Both the position numbers and the translations under genes were made by a program. The notes beneath the pieces are model-generated. The model was not told where the DNA came from. It was given only the letters and a program-made list of their open reading frames with translations, and made no database searches. A stretch of DNA of 64,000 nucleotides from an uncultured Gemmatimonadales bacterium (GTDB taxonomy: Bacteria; Gemmatimonadota; Gemmatimonadetes; Gemmatimonadales; GWC2-71-9): the NCBI GenBank assembly GCA_963705985.1, contig CAVPLK010000003.1, forward strand, positions 1,624 through 65,623, written 5' to 3'. Below, piece after piece: positions 9,091 to 18,137 of the stretch. The number at the start of each line of letters is the position of its first letter. The first letter of the stretch is position 1.

Positions 9091-9897
9091 GTGAGCGGAC
9101 TCACCGCCCATCCGACGTCGACCCTCGCGGACCGCGCGCTGGCGCTGCTGGCGGCGGGCCCTGCCGACGCGGTCGTGCTGGCGCGCGATGTCATGGGCCT
9201 GGCGGCCGCTCCGCCCGCGGTGGCGGCTCGCCTCGCAGTGGCACTGCTCGGTTCCGACCCCCGGGTCCGGCAGCTCGGTGACGGGCGCTGGGCGCTGGCG
9301 GGCGGGGCACAGAGTTCCCCGGTGCTCTCCGCGTGCACCTTCGCGGTGGTGGATGTCGAAACCACCGGCATGCGCGCCGCCGGGAATGACCGGGTGACGG
9401 ACATCGCGGTCGTGCTGGTGCAGGGCGACCGCACCGACCTGGTCTTCGATTCCCTCATCAATCCCGGCTGCCCGATTTCTCCGCAGATCACCGCCCTGAC
9501 CGGCATCACCGACGCGATGGTCGCCAACGCGCCCACCTTCGACGTGGCGGCGGACGCCATCCTCGCGGCGCTCGCCGGGCGGGTCTTCGTGGCGCACAAT
9601 GTCCGGTTCGACTGGGGCTTCGTCGACGCCGAACTCCGCCGGAACCGCGGCCTCGCCCTCGAAGGACCGCGTCTCTGCACCGTCAAGATGTCGCGCCGCC
9701 TGGTCCACGGCCTCACCTCCCACGCCTTGGACCACGTCACCGCGCATTTCAACCTCGACAACGGCGCCCGGCACCGCGCCGCGGGTGACGCGCTGGTGAC
9801 GGCCGAGATTCTCCGCCGGTTGTTGGCCCTGGCGATGGAGCAGGGTGCGACGACCCTCGACGACCTGGAAGGACTGCTGGCCCGCAAGCGCCGGTAG
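9091..9897 (+). CDS. DEDDh 3'-5' exonuclease (DnaQ/PolC-epsilon-like) with extra N-terminal domain
   Basis: VVDVETTG, AHNVRFD, HRAAGDA motifs preceded by an approximately 75-aa N-terminal domain. Confidence 0.88.
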   Translation: MSGLTAHPTSTLADRALALLAAGPADAVVLARDVMGLAAAPPAVAARLAVALLGSDPRVRQLGDGRWALAGGAQSSPVLSACTFAVVDVETTGMRAAGNDRVTDIAVVLVQGDRTDLVFDSLINPGCPISPQITALTGITDAMVANAPTFDVAADAILAALAGRVFVAHNVRFDWGFVDAELRRNRGLALEGPRLCTVKMSRRLVHGLTSHALDHVTAHFNLDNGARHRAAGDALVTAEILRRLLALAMEQGATTLDDLEGLLARKRR

Positions 9898-9935
9898 CCA
9901 CCGACGGCGGCTTCGGCAGTGGCTCTCCGAAAACC

Positions 9936-9964
9936 TGGACCCCGGCTTTCGCCGGGGTGACGGC
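9936..9964. repeat. REP-like palindrome (CGTC-tagged type), copy 1
   Basis: TGGACCCCGGCTTTCGCCGGGGTGACGGC; identical 29-mer at 42412-42440. Confidence 0.85.
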
Positions 9965-9975
9965 TGTTCTACCTT

Positions 9976-10084
9976 GCTGCCCCGCTGCCCCGCTGCCCCG
10001 CTGCCCCGCTGCCCCGCTGCCCCGCTGCCCGCTGCCCCGCTGCCCCGCTGCCCCCTGCCTCCCCGCCTCCCCGCCTCCCTGCCT
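9976..10084. repeat. Octamer tandem repeat (GCTGCCCC x about 10, then GCCTCCCC variants x3)
   Basis: Directly visible tandem array in the intergenic region; related units near 40708-40743, 42318-42344 and 46267-46300. Confidence 0.95.
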
Positions 10085-10094
10085 ATCTTCCGAC

Positions 10095-11000
10095 ATGCCC
10101 CTGACCCATTCCTTCTCCGTCGGCTCGTTCCGCTGTCACGCGCTTGAGGCCGGCCTCCAGCGTCTCGACGGTGGTGCGATGTTCGGTGTCGTCCCCCGGA
10201 CGCTCTGGACCCGACGGATCGAGCCGGATGTCCGGAACCGCATTCCCCTCGCCTTGCGCTGCCTCCTGATCGAACATCCGGACGGCCTCGTGTTGCTCGA
10301 CACCGGGCTCGGCAACAAGGAGGAGAAGAAGTTCCTCGACATCTACGGGGTCGAGAATGTCGGGAGGCCGGGCCCCACCCGGCTGGAGGACGCGCTCCGG
10401 GAGCTCGGGCACCGTCCCAAGGACATCACGTGGGTCATCAACACCCATCTGCACTTCGATCACGCCGGGGGCAATACGACCGCTGAGGCGGTGCCGGGGG
10501 GCGGTCGGGATGTGCGGGTCACCTTCCCGACGGCGACGTACGTGGTGCAGCGCGGGGAGCTCGAGTTCGCGCGCCATACGAACGAACGAACCCGGGCCAG
10601 TTACCTGCCGCCCAACTTCGAGCCGGTCGACCGGGCCCGGAAATGGAGGCTGCTGGATGGCGACGGGGAGATCCTGCCCGGCATCAGCGCCCGGGTCACC
10701 CCCGGCCATGTGCCGTGGCACCAGTCGATTGTGCTGAATTCCGGGGGGGAGACGGCCGTCTATCTGGGCGACCTGATCCCGACTGCGGCCCATATGCCGC
10801 TGCCCTGGATCATGGGGTACGACCTGGAGCCGCTGCGGACCCTGGAGTCGAAGCGGAGCCTCCTGGCGGAGGCGGTGGCCGGGGGATGGCAGCTGATTTT
10901 CGAGCACGACCCGACGGTACTAATGGGTCGGGCCATGAAGGGGGCGTCCGGAGTGGAGTTGGCCGACGAGGTCCGGGCTCCCAAACCGGGGCGCGCTTGA
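10095..11000 (+). CDS. MBL-fold metallo-hydrolase (YtnP-like)
   Basis: LDGGAMFGVVP, THLHFDHAGG, TPGH, GDLIPT..H, MGYD, FEHD; start at ATG 10095, upstream extension is repeat-derived. Confidence 0.92.
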   Translation: MPLTHSFSVGSFRCHALEAGLQRLDGGAMFGVVPRTLWTRRIEPDVRNRIPLALRCLLIEHPDGLVLLDTGLGNKEEKKFLDIYGVENVGRPGPTRLEDALRELGHRPKDITWVINTHLHFDHAGGNTTAEAVPGGGRDVRVTFPTATYVVQRGELEFARHTNERTRASYLPPNFEPVDRARKWRLLDGDGEILPGISARVTPGHVPWHQSIVLNSGGETAVYLGDLIPTAAHMPLPWIMGYDLEPLRTLESKRSLLAEAVAGGWQLIFEHDPTVLMGRAMKGASGVELADEVRAPKPGRA

Positions 11001-11025
11001 CATAATCGGCTGTCCCGTCTAGACT
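10997..11025 (+). promoter_or_regulatory. Sigma70-type promoter of infC-rpmI-rplT
   Basis: TTGACA (10997-11002), 17 bp spacer, TAGACT (11020-11025). Confidence 0.8.
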
Positions 11026-11031
11026 TTGCGC

Positions 11032-11175
11032 ACTTGAAGCGGGGGAATATCCCCCCACCCTGAGCCCGGCGCAGCGCCGGCGTGAACGGGTCCCGAGGTC
11101 GTCACCAGGCAGGATTGGTCAGCCGTGGCGCACGTGGACATCCGTCATCTCAGGATGTCCTTTTTCTTTTTCTTG
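11032..11175 (+). ncRNA. Putative structured 5' leader/attenuator of infC operon (L20-leader-like)
   Basis: Hairpins GGGGG-AATAT-CCCCC and CCGGCG-CAG-CGCCGG, CCTG..CAGG pairing, ending in a terminator-like hairpin with U tract. Confidence 0.55.
11136..11174 (+). terminator. Intrinsic terminator-like hairpin upstream of infC
   Basis: GGACATCC-9nt-GGATGTCC followed by TTTTTCTTTTT. Confidence 0.7.
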
Positions 11176-11190
11176 GCCGGAGGCGTTCCA

Positions 11191-11708
11191 CTGTCCACAG
11201 ACCGCGACAAGCGCGTACGCGTCAACCGCCAGATCCGGATCAGTCCGGTGCGGGTCATCACGGCGGAAGGTGAACAGCTTGGTGTGCTCCCGATCGAGGA
11301 GGCGCTTGCCGCCGCCCAGGATCGGGGACTCGACTTGGTGGAGGTGGCGCCGACGGCCCGCCCCCCGTCGTCAAGATCATGGACTACGGGAAGTTCAAGT
11401 TCGAAGAGGCCAAGGCGGCGCGCGCCGCCAAGAAGAAACAGCACGTGATTCAGCTGAAGGAAGTGAAGTACCGGCCCGGCATCGACGACCACGACTTCGA
11501 CTTCAAGACCCGCCACGCCCGTGAGTTCCTGGGCGACGGCAACAAGGTCAAGGTCACGCTGATGTTCCGGGGCCGCCAGCTGGCCCACATCGACCTGGGC
11601 CGTGCCGTGCTCGACCGGGTGATCGCCGCCCTGGCGGACGTCGGCAAGGTCGAAATGGACGCGAAGCTTGAAGGCCGCAACATGACGATGGTGATCGCGC
11701 CCAAGTAG
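11191..11708 (+). CDS. infC: Translation initiation factor IF-3 (non-AUG start; single-base frameshift at about 11361-11367)
   Basis: RVNRQIR...GLDLVEVAP in one frame, MDYGKFKFE...[11 protein letters not shown] in the next; GGAGG 7 nt before CTG 11191. Confidence 0.93.
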
Positions 11709-11737
11709 GGGCGCATGATTCGAAAGGGTCGCGAGTT

Positions 11738-11932
11738 ATGCCGAAGATGAAGACCAAGCGGGCCGCCATGAAGCGGTTCAAGAAGACGGGGTCGGGGAAG
11801 CTCAAGCGCTTCCACGCCAACCACAGCCACATTCTGACCAAGAAGAGTCGGAAGCGGAAGAACAAGCTGAAGAAGGTGGCCTACGTGAGTTCGGCCGACT
11901 TCCCACGCGTCAGCCGCCTCCTCCAGGCGTAA
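11738..11932 (+). CDS. rpmI: 50S ribosomal protein L35
   Basis: MPKMKT...[10 protein letters not shown]...HILTKK. Confidence 0.97.
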   Translation: MPKMKTKRAAMKRFKKTGSGKLKRFHANHSHILTKKSRKRKNKLKKVAYVSSADFPRVSRLLQA

Positions 11933-11942
11933 GGGAGATACC

Positions 11943-12311
11943 ATGCCTCGCGTAAAGAACGGTCCCGCGCATCACGCCCGGAAGAAGAAGATCATGAAGG
12001 CCGCCAAGGGTGGCTTTCAGTCGCGCAGCAAGCTGTACAAGGCCGCCAAGGAAAACGTCGAGCGTGGCCTGGCGTACGCCTACCGCGACCGGCGCAAGAA
12101 GAAGGGCGAGTTCCGCGCCCTCTGGATCACGCGCATCAACGCCGCGGCCCGTCAGCACGGCCTCAGCTACAGCCGCCTGATGGACGCCCTGAAGCGTGCC
12201 GGCGTCGAAGTGAACCGCAAGGTCCTCGCCGACCTGGCAGTGCGCGACGCCGACGCCTTCGCGGCGATCGCCGAGGTCGCGAAGGCCGAAGTGGCCAAGA
12301 CCGCCCACTAG
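11943..12311 (+). CDS. rplT: 50S ribosomal protein L20
   Basis: [36 protein letters not shown]. Confidence 0.98.
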   Translation: MPRVKNGPAHHARKKKIMKAAKGGFQSRSKLYKAAKENVERGLAYAYRDRRKKKGEFRALWITRINAAARQHGLSYSRLMDALKRAGVEVNRKVLADLAVRDADAFAAIAEVAKAEVAKTAH

Positions 12312-12406
12312 GCAGCGCCGTTCTCGAGGGGGTCGCGCGTGGGGCCGGTCGCCATGCGCGGCCGGCTCCACAGTCGTTTCTGCCCCCCGTCACCACCGGA
12401 TTCGCC

Positions 12407-13474
12407 ATGGCCGAGTCCCACCCACAGTCGCTGCTCGACGCCCTCCGGCCCCGCCTCGCGGCGGTGCCGGCGCTCGACGCGAGCGCGCTCGAGGCGGAGC
12501 AGATTGCCGTGCTCGGGCGGAAGAGTGGCGCGCTGACCGCCCTGTTGCGGTCGCTGGCGACGCTGCCGCCCGATGAACGCAAGGCAGTCGGCGCGGCCGC
12601 CAACGAACTCCGCCAGGCGTTCGAGGCGGCCTTCGAGGCCCGGTCGGCGGAATTGACCACCGCGGCCGGTGCCGCCGCAGGCGAGGGTCTGGACCGCACC
12701 ATGCCGGGCCGTCGCCGCTGGGTCGGCGCGGAGCACCCCGTCACGAAGGTGGTCGACGAGATCTGCGAGATCTTCCACGGCCTCGGATTCAACCGCGCCG
12801 TCGGCCCCGAGGCCGAGACGGAGTGGATGAACTTCGGCGCGCTGAACTTCCCGGCCGACCATCCCGCCATGGACATGCACGACACCTTCTACCTCGACGT
12901 GGGGGGTGACGCCCGCCCCGGCGACGGGAAGGCGGTGCTGCTCCGCACCCACACCTCGCCGGTGCAGATCCGCACGATGATGGGTGGCCCGCCGCCGTAT
13001 CGCGTGGTGATTCCCGGCGTGGTCTATCGCAAGGACCCCTTCGATCCGTCGCACGCGCCGGTCTTCGCGCAGATCGAGGGGCTGGCGGTGGATGAGGGCA
13101 TCTCGTTCGTCGATCTCAAGGGCACGCTGCTGCACTTCGCCCGGCGGTTCTTCTCGTCGAACACCAAGGTCCGGTTCCGCCCCTCGTTCTTCCCCTTCAC
13201 CGAACCGTCCGCCGAAATGGACGTCTCCTGCTATCTGTGCGGGGGCAGCGGCTGTTCCGCCTGCAAGGGCACCGGCTGGATGGAAATCCTCGGCTGCGGC
13301 ATGGTGCACCCGAAGGTGCTGGAGAATTGTGGCGTGGATGCGGAGCGGTACACCGGTTTCGCCTTCGGGATGGGACCGCAGCGAATCGCGATGCAGCGCT
13401 ACGGCATCCCCGACATCCGCCTGCTCTATGAAGGCGACATGCGCTTCCTCGGCCAGATGGGGCGGGCCAGGTGA
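12407..13474 (+). CDS. pheS: Phenylalanine-tRNA ligase alpha subunit
   Basis: HPAMDMHDTFY, LRTHTSPVQ, RPSFFPFTEPS, GFAFGMG. Confidence 0.97.
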   Translation: MAESHPQSLLDALRPRLAAVPALDASALEAEQIAVLGRKSGALTALLRSLATLPPDERKAVGAAANELRQAFEAAFEARSAELTTAAGAAAGEGLDRTMPGRRRWVGAEHPVTKVVDEICEIFHGLGFNRAVGPEAETEWMNFGALNFPADHPAMDMHDTFYLDVGGDARPGDGKAVLLRTHTSPVQIRTMMGGPPPYRVVIPGVVYRKDPFDPSHAPVFAQIEGLAVDEGISFVDLKGTLLHFARRFFSSNTKVRFRPSFFPFTEPSAEMDVSCYLCGGSGCSACKGTGWMEILGCGMVHPKVLENCGVDAERYTGFAFGMGPQRIAMQRYGIPDIRLLYEGDMRFLGQMGRAR

Positions 13475-15846
13475 ACATCTCCCGCCGTTGGCTCGAGGCA
13501 TTCCTGCGCCGCCCCCTGGAGTCCGCCGACGTGGCCAGCCGGCTCGCCGCGCTGGGTGCCACCGTGGACGCCATCGAGGAACTGCATCCCGGACTGGGGC
13601 ACGTCGTCGTCGCGCTGGTGCGCGAGACCCGGCCGCACCCCAACGCCGACCGGCTCCGCCTTTGTGACGTCGACGATGGCAGCGGGACCATGCGGAGCGT
13701 GGTCTGCGGCGCGCCGAACGTCACGGCCGGCAGCAAGTATCCCTTCGCGCCGGTCGGTTCCACCCTGCCGGGCGGCCTGACGCTCGAGAAGCGCAAGATC
13801 CGCGGCGAGGTCTCCGAGGGGATGCTCTGTTCGGCGCGCGAACTGGGGCTGGGACAGGACCACGACGGCATTCTCGAACTGACGACCGATGCCGCCCCCG
13901 GGACCCCGTTCCTCGACGTGCTCGACCTGGCCGACGACCGGCTGGTCGTCGATGTCACCCCCAACCGTCCCGACCTGCTGGGACACAAGGGCGTGGCGCG
14001 GGAACTGGCGTTTTCCTACGGGACCACCTTCCGCCTTCCGGCCGTCCCCGGTTCCGACGGTCCGGCCATGCCGGCGCCTGTTCGCGCCGGCGGGGAAGCG
14101 ACGACCGGTGGCGTGCGGGTCGCGATCGAGGATCCCGCCGGGTGCCCGCGTTTCCTGGGCGCGGTGCTTCGTGGCGTGCGGATCGGAACCTCACCCGAGT
14201 GGCTCCGTGCCCGGGTCGAGGCGATCGGCATGCGGTCGATCAACAACGTGGTCGACGCCACCAACTGCGTGATGTTCGAGCTCAACCAGCCGATGCACGC
14301 CTATGATGTGGCGCGCCTGAAGGGCCCCGCCGTCGTTGCGCGCCGCGCGCGGGCCGGCGAGCGCCTGACGACGCTGGACGGCACCGATCGCGCGCTGGCG
14401 ACCACCATGACGGTCATCGCCGATGCCGAGGGCGCCATCGGGGTGGCGGGGGTGATGGGTGGCGCCCACTCGGAAGTCTCTCCGGACACGACCGACCTCT
14501 TCCTCGAGTGCGCCTGCTTCGAGCCGCAGGGCGTGCGCGCCACGCGACGGCAGCTGGGCCTGAGCAGCGAGGCGAGCTACCGTTTCGAGCGTGGCGTGGA
14601 TCTCTGGAACGGCCCCGAGGTGCTGCGTCGGGCGGTCGAGATCATTCAGGCCACAGCGGGGGGGACCCTGGACGGCGAGCCGGTGGACCTGTTCCCCCAA
14701 GTGACGCACCCGCCGCGGATCTTCCTACGGCCGTCGCGAGTCGCGCAGGTGCTCGGCGTGGACGTGGCGTGGGACGCCATCGAGCGCTACCTCGTGGCCA
14801 TCGGCGCCACGGTGGTCTCGAAGCCGGACGATGGCCGCATTGCCGTCGACGTGCCGGGATGGCGCCCCGATCTCGTGGCGGAAATCGACCTCGTCGAGGA
14901 AATCGCCCGACTCCACGGCTTCGACAATTTTCCGACCGAGCTCCGCCCCTTCCGGGTCGGCGACCTGCCGAACGCCCCGTCCGAGACCATCGACGCCACC
15001 ATCCGGCGCGGCCTCGTCGCCGAAGGGCTCTTCGAGGTGCAGACCCTTCCACTCGGACCGGAGGACGGTCCCGACAGCGTCCGTCTGCTCAATCCGCTCT
15101 CCGCGGACGAGGGGTTCATGCGGGCGCGCCTGCTCCCCGGGCTGGTCCGGCGGGTCGAGGGCAACTGGGCGGCGCACACCAGGGATGTCCGGCTCTTCGA
15201 GGTGGGCACCGTCTTCCTGCGAGGCGAGGTGGGGGCCCCGCCCCGTGAGGAGCGCCGGGTGGCGGGGATCATCACCGGTGCCCGGGAGCCCTCGCATTGG
15301 AGCGGGGCGGGGAAGTCGCCCGATGCCGACCTCTGGGATCTTCGCTCGCTCTTCGAGGCTGCGGCCGGTCTGGCGAATCCCGGTGCGAGGGTGCAAGTTG
15401 AAGGGGGCGAGTGGGTTGCCTCGACATCCGAGGGGCAGGCCATCGGCTGGGCCAGGATGCTGGAGGCCGATTCTCCGCCGTGGGCCGCTCCAGTCTTCGG
15501 GTTCGAAATCCAGATTGACGCGACCCCGCGCTCCGCGCCTGCGTTCGTGCCCCTGCCCACCAACCCCGCCGTGGCGCGCGACCTCTCCCTGCTGGTACCG
15601 GCGGGAGTGACGGCGGCGGAACTCGCCGACGCGATTCGGCAGGCGGCGGGGCGGTTGATCGAGGCGGTGGAGGTGCTCGACGAGTATCGGGGTGCCGGTG
15701 TGACCGCCGGCCACCGCGGGCTGGCGTTCCGGCTCCGGTTCCGGGCCCCCGACCGCACGCTGCGTGACCAGGAGGTCGACGCCTCGGTCACCAAGGTTCT
15801 CAAGGTCCTTCGGGAGCGGCATGGCATCGAACTACGAGCGTCCTGA
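13471..15846 (+). CDS. pheT: Phenylalanine-tRNA ligase beta subunit
   Basis: HPNADRL, VVCGAPN, TPNRPD, NNVVDATN, FERGVD, C-terminal FDX-ACB domain. Confidence 0.97.
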   Translation: MNISRRWLEAFLRRPLESADVASRLAALGATVDAIEELHPGLGHVVVALVRETRPHPNADRLRLCDVDDGSGTMRSVVCGAPNVTAGSKYPFAPVGSTLPGGLTLEKRKIRGEVSEGMLCSARELGLGQDHDGILELTTDAAPGTPFLDVLDLADDRLVVDVTPNRPDLLGHKGVARELAFSYGTTFRLPAVPGSDGPAMPAPVRAGGEATTGGVRVAIEDPAGCPRFLGAVLRGVRIGTSPEWLRARVEAIGMRSINNVVDATNCVMFELNQPMHAYDVARLKGPAVVARRARAGERLTTLDGTDRALATTMTVIADAEGAIGVAGVMGGAHSEVSPDTTDLFLECACFEPQGVRATRRQLGLSSEASYRFERGVDLWNGPEVLRRAVEIIQATAGGTLDGEPVDLFPQVTHPPRIFLRPSRVAQVLGVDVAWDAIERYLVAIGATVVSKPDDGRIAVDVPGWRPDLVAEIDLVEEIARLHGFDNFPTELRPFRVGDLPNAPSETIDATIRRGLVAEGLFEVQTLPLGPEDGPDSVRLLNPLSADEGFMRARLLPGLVRRVEGNWAAHTRDVRLFEVGTVFLRGEVGAPPREERRVAGIITGAREPSHWSGAGKSPDADLWDLRSLFEAAAGLANPGARVQVEGGEWVASTSEGQAIGWARMLEADSPPWAAPVFGFEIQIDATPRSAPAFVPLPTNPAVARDLSLLVPAGVTAAELADAIRQAAGRLIEAVEVLDEYRGAGVTAGHRGLAFRLRFRAPDRTLRDQEVDASVTKVLKVLRERHGIELRAS

Positions 15847-16126
15847 CCTCGCGGCGCTGTCTGAACTGGAGCAATTGCTCCGGCATCTCGGCGACGAGGT
15901 GGCGGGGTGGCGGCGCCGCACGCTGAAAGCGGAGGCGGAACTCCAGGATGCGCGGAGCCGCGGTGGCGTGCTCGCGGGGCCGGAGCTCGTGCAGGCGCGC
16001 CAGCGGGTCATCGAGCTTGAGGTCGAGAATCAATCCCTCCGCCAGCGGATCGAAGGGGCCCGGGAGCGGTTGCACTCGTTGTCCTCCCGGCTGGCGTTCC
16101 TGGAGTCCGAGGAGGGGGCCGCATGA
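15821..16126 (+). CDS. Coiled-coil protein, ZapB-like by position
   Basis: MASNYERPD..., heptad-rich, lies between pheT and zapA. Confidence 0.65.
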   Translation: MASNYERPDLAALSELEQLLRHLGDEVAGWRRRTLKAEAELQDARSRGGVLAGPELVQARQRVIELEVENQSLRQRIEGARERLHSLSSRLAFLESEEGAA

Positions 16127-16449
16127 GCACCGCGAAGAGCGCCGTGCAGGTGTTCATCGCCGGGGAGAGCTTCACCGTCCGGTCGGAGCTCCCGCCGGAA
16201 TACACGCGGGAAGTGGCTGCCTACCTCGACACGGCGCTGCGGCACGTGAAGTCGACGATGCCGAGCGTGGAGACGCACAAGGCGGCGATTCTCGCCGCGC
16301 TGCAGATTACCGATGAGTTGTTCCAGGCCCGCCGCGGGGATCGCGACGGCGCCGCACGCCTGACGGTCCTGTTGGACGAAGTAGCTCGACTCCTGCCGCC
16401 GAACAAGCGCGGTGGACGCGCCGCCGGGGTACCAGCCCCGGCCGACTGA
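16123..16449 (+). CDS. zapA: Cell division protein ZapA
   Basis: V.V.IAGE.F.VR, VAAYLD, AILAALQITDEL; pheT-zapA-rny synteny. Confidence 0.88.
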   Translation: MSTAKSAVQVFIAGESFTVRSELPPEYTREVAAYLDTALRHVKSTMPSVETHKAAILAALQITDELFQARRGDRDGAARLTVLLDEVARLLPPNKRGGRAAGVPAPAD

Positions 16450-16490
16450 AACCAACGCGTGGCGGTCCCGCCGCCGCGCTGGAGATACTC

Positions 16491-18137
16491 ATGTCTGACC
16501 TGCCTTGGCTCCCTCTTCTAGGGGGAGCGCTCGCCGGCCTTGCTGTCGCCCTCCTCATTGTCCTGATCGTCCAACTTCGCCGCCGGGCCAGCGGGCGGGA
16601 CGTCGTCGCATCGGCCCGCGCCGAGGCCACGACGCTGGCCCGGACCTCGAAAGCCGATGCCGACCAGCTGCTTCGGTCCGCCCAGGCCGACGCCGATCGA
16701 GTCACCGCCGATGCGCGCCGGTCGGCCGAGAGCGCCAGGACCGACGCGATCCTCGCCGGCAAGATGGAGACGCTCGCCCTCCGGGAGGAGCTGGACAAGG
16801 AGGTGCAGGGCCGCCGCGAGGAGTGGGCGCGTCAGGACCGTCGCGCGGAGGAGCGGGAGCGCACCCACGACCGCCGGCAGGAGCAGCTCGCCGCTCTGGA
16901 GGGGGCCATCCAGACCCGGGATGCGTCGCTTACCGCGCGGGAGCAGGCGGTGGGCGCGCGCGAGCGGGAGATCGACGCCCTCAAGGCGGAGCAGGCCCGG
17001 CGGCTGGAGCAGATCGCCGGGTTGACGGCGGAGGACGCCCGGCGGGAAGTGCTGCGCCAGGCGGAGGAGACCGCCCGCAGCGACGCGGCCGCCCTGGTGC
17101 GCGACGTCAAGGAGCAGGCGAAGAAGGGGGCGGAGCGCGAGGCCCAGCGGATCGTGTCGATCGCCATCCAGCGGATCGCACCGGAGCATGCGGCGGCGAC
17201 GACGGTGGCGGCCGTCACCCTCCCGTCCGACGAGATGAAGGGCCGGATCATCGGCCGCGAAGGCCGGAACATCCGGGCGTTCGAGCTGGCCACCGGCGTC
17301 GACGTGATCATCGACGACACGCCGGACACCGTGGTGATCTCCTGTTTCGACCCGATCCGGCGCGAGGTCGGTCGCCGGGCGCTGGAGGCGCTGATTGCCG
17401 ACGGGCGGATTCAGCCGGGGCGGATCGAGGACATCGTCGCCAAGGTGCGGGCCGAACTGGACGTGCAGCTCGTCGAGCTCGGTGAACGAGCGGCGTTCGA
17501 TACCGGCATCAACGGCCTGCACCCGGAATTGATCAAGCTGGTCGGACGGATGCGCTACCGGACCAGTTACGGACAGAACATCCTGGAGCACTCCAAGGAA
17601 GTGGCGTGGATGGCCGGCATCATGGCCGCCGAACTCGGCGTGGACGTCAAGCTGGCCAAGCGGGGCGCCTTCCTGCACGACATCGGCAAGGTCCTGACGC
17701 ACGACAGCGAGGGGACGCACGTCGAGCTCGGCGTCGAGGTGGCCCGGCGGTACGGGGAGAGCGCCGCCGTCATCGGCTGCATCCACGCCCACCACGACGA
17801 CGTGCCGCACGAGTCCACCGAGTCGGTGCTGGTCCAGGCCGCCGACGGCATCAGCGGCTCGCGCCCGGGCGCCCGGCGCGAAGCGTTCGAGAGCTACGTC
17901 AAGCGGCTCACCAAGCTCGAGGAAATCGCCAACGCCTTTCGCGGCGTCGAGAAGACGGCGGTCATCCAGGCCGGGCGCGAAATCCGCGTCATCGTGACTC
18001 CGGACCAGGTGAACGATGCGCAGGCCGCCGAGCTCTCCGAGCAGATTGCGCGCAAGATCGAGAACGAACTCCAGTACCCGGGGCAGATCCGCGTGGTCGT
18101 CATCCGGGAAACCCGTTCCGTAGAGGTCGCCCGATGA
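16491..18137 (+). CDS. rny: Ribonuclease Y
   Basis: N-terminal TM helix, coiled coil, KH ([13 protein letters not shown]), HD (LHDIGK), RPGARRE. Confidence 0.97.
   Translation: MSDLPWLPLLGGALAGLAVALLIVLIVQLRRRASGRDVVASARAEATTLARTSKADADQLLRSAQADADRVTADARRSAESARTDAILAGKMETLALREELDKEVQGRREEWARQDRRAEERERTHDRRQEQLAALEGAIQTRDASLTAREQAVGAREREIDALKAEQARRLEQIAGLTAEDARREVLRQAEETARSDAAALVRDVKEQAKKGAEREAQRIVSIAIQRIAPEHAAATTVAAVTLPSDEMKGRIIGREGRNIRAFELATGVDVIIDDTPDTVVISCFDPIRREVGRRALEALIADGRIQPGRIEDIVAKVRAELDVQLVELGERAAFDTGINGLHPELIKLVGRMRYRTSYGQNILEHSKEVAWMAGIMAAELGVDVKLAKRGAFLHDIGKVLTHDSEGTHVELGVEVARRYGESAAVIGCIHAHHDDVPHESTESVLVQAADGISGSRPGARREAFESYVKRLTKLEEIANAFRGVEKTAVIQAGREIRVIVTPDQVNDAQAAELSEQIARKIENELQYPGQIRVVVIRETRSVEVAR

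Noticed and set aside
9976-10084. Tandem repeat as a CRISPR array, or as the N-terminus of the 347-aa ORF 9957..11000
   Set aside because: The units are 8 bp with no spacers and no cas genes are present. The PRCPAA peptide is just the translated repeat; the hydrolase starts at ATG 10095.
11355-11372. Programmed frameshift in infC
   Set aside because: The break lies in a C homopolymer with no stimulatory element, and similar indels occur in many unrelated genes; a sequencing error is more parsimonious.
16450-16490. 6S RNA at its common position after zapA
   Set aside because: Only 41 bp separate zapA and rny, too short for 6S RNA.
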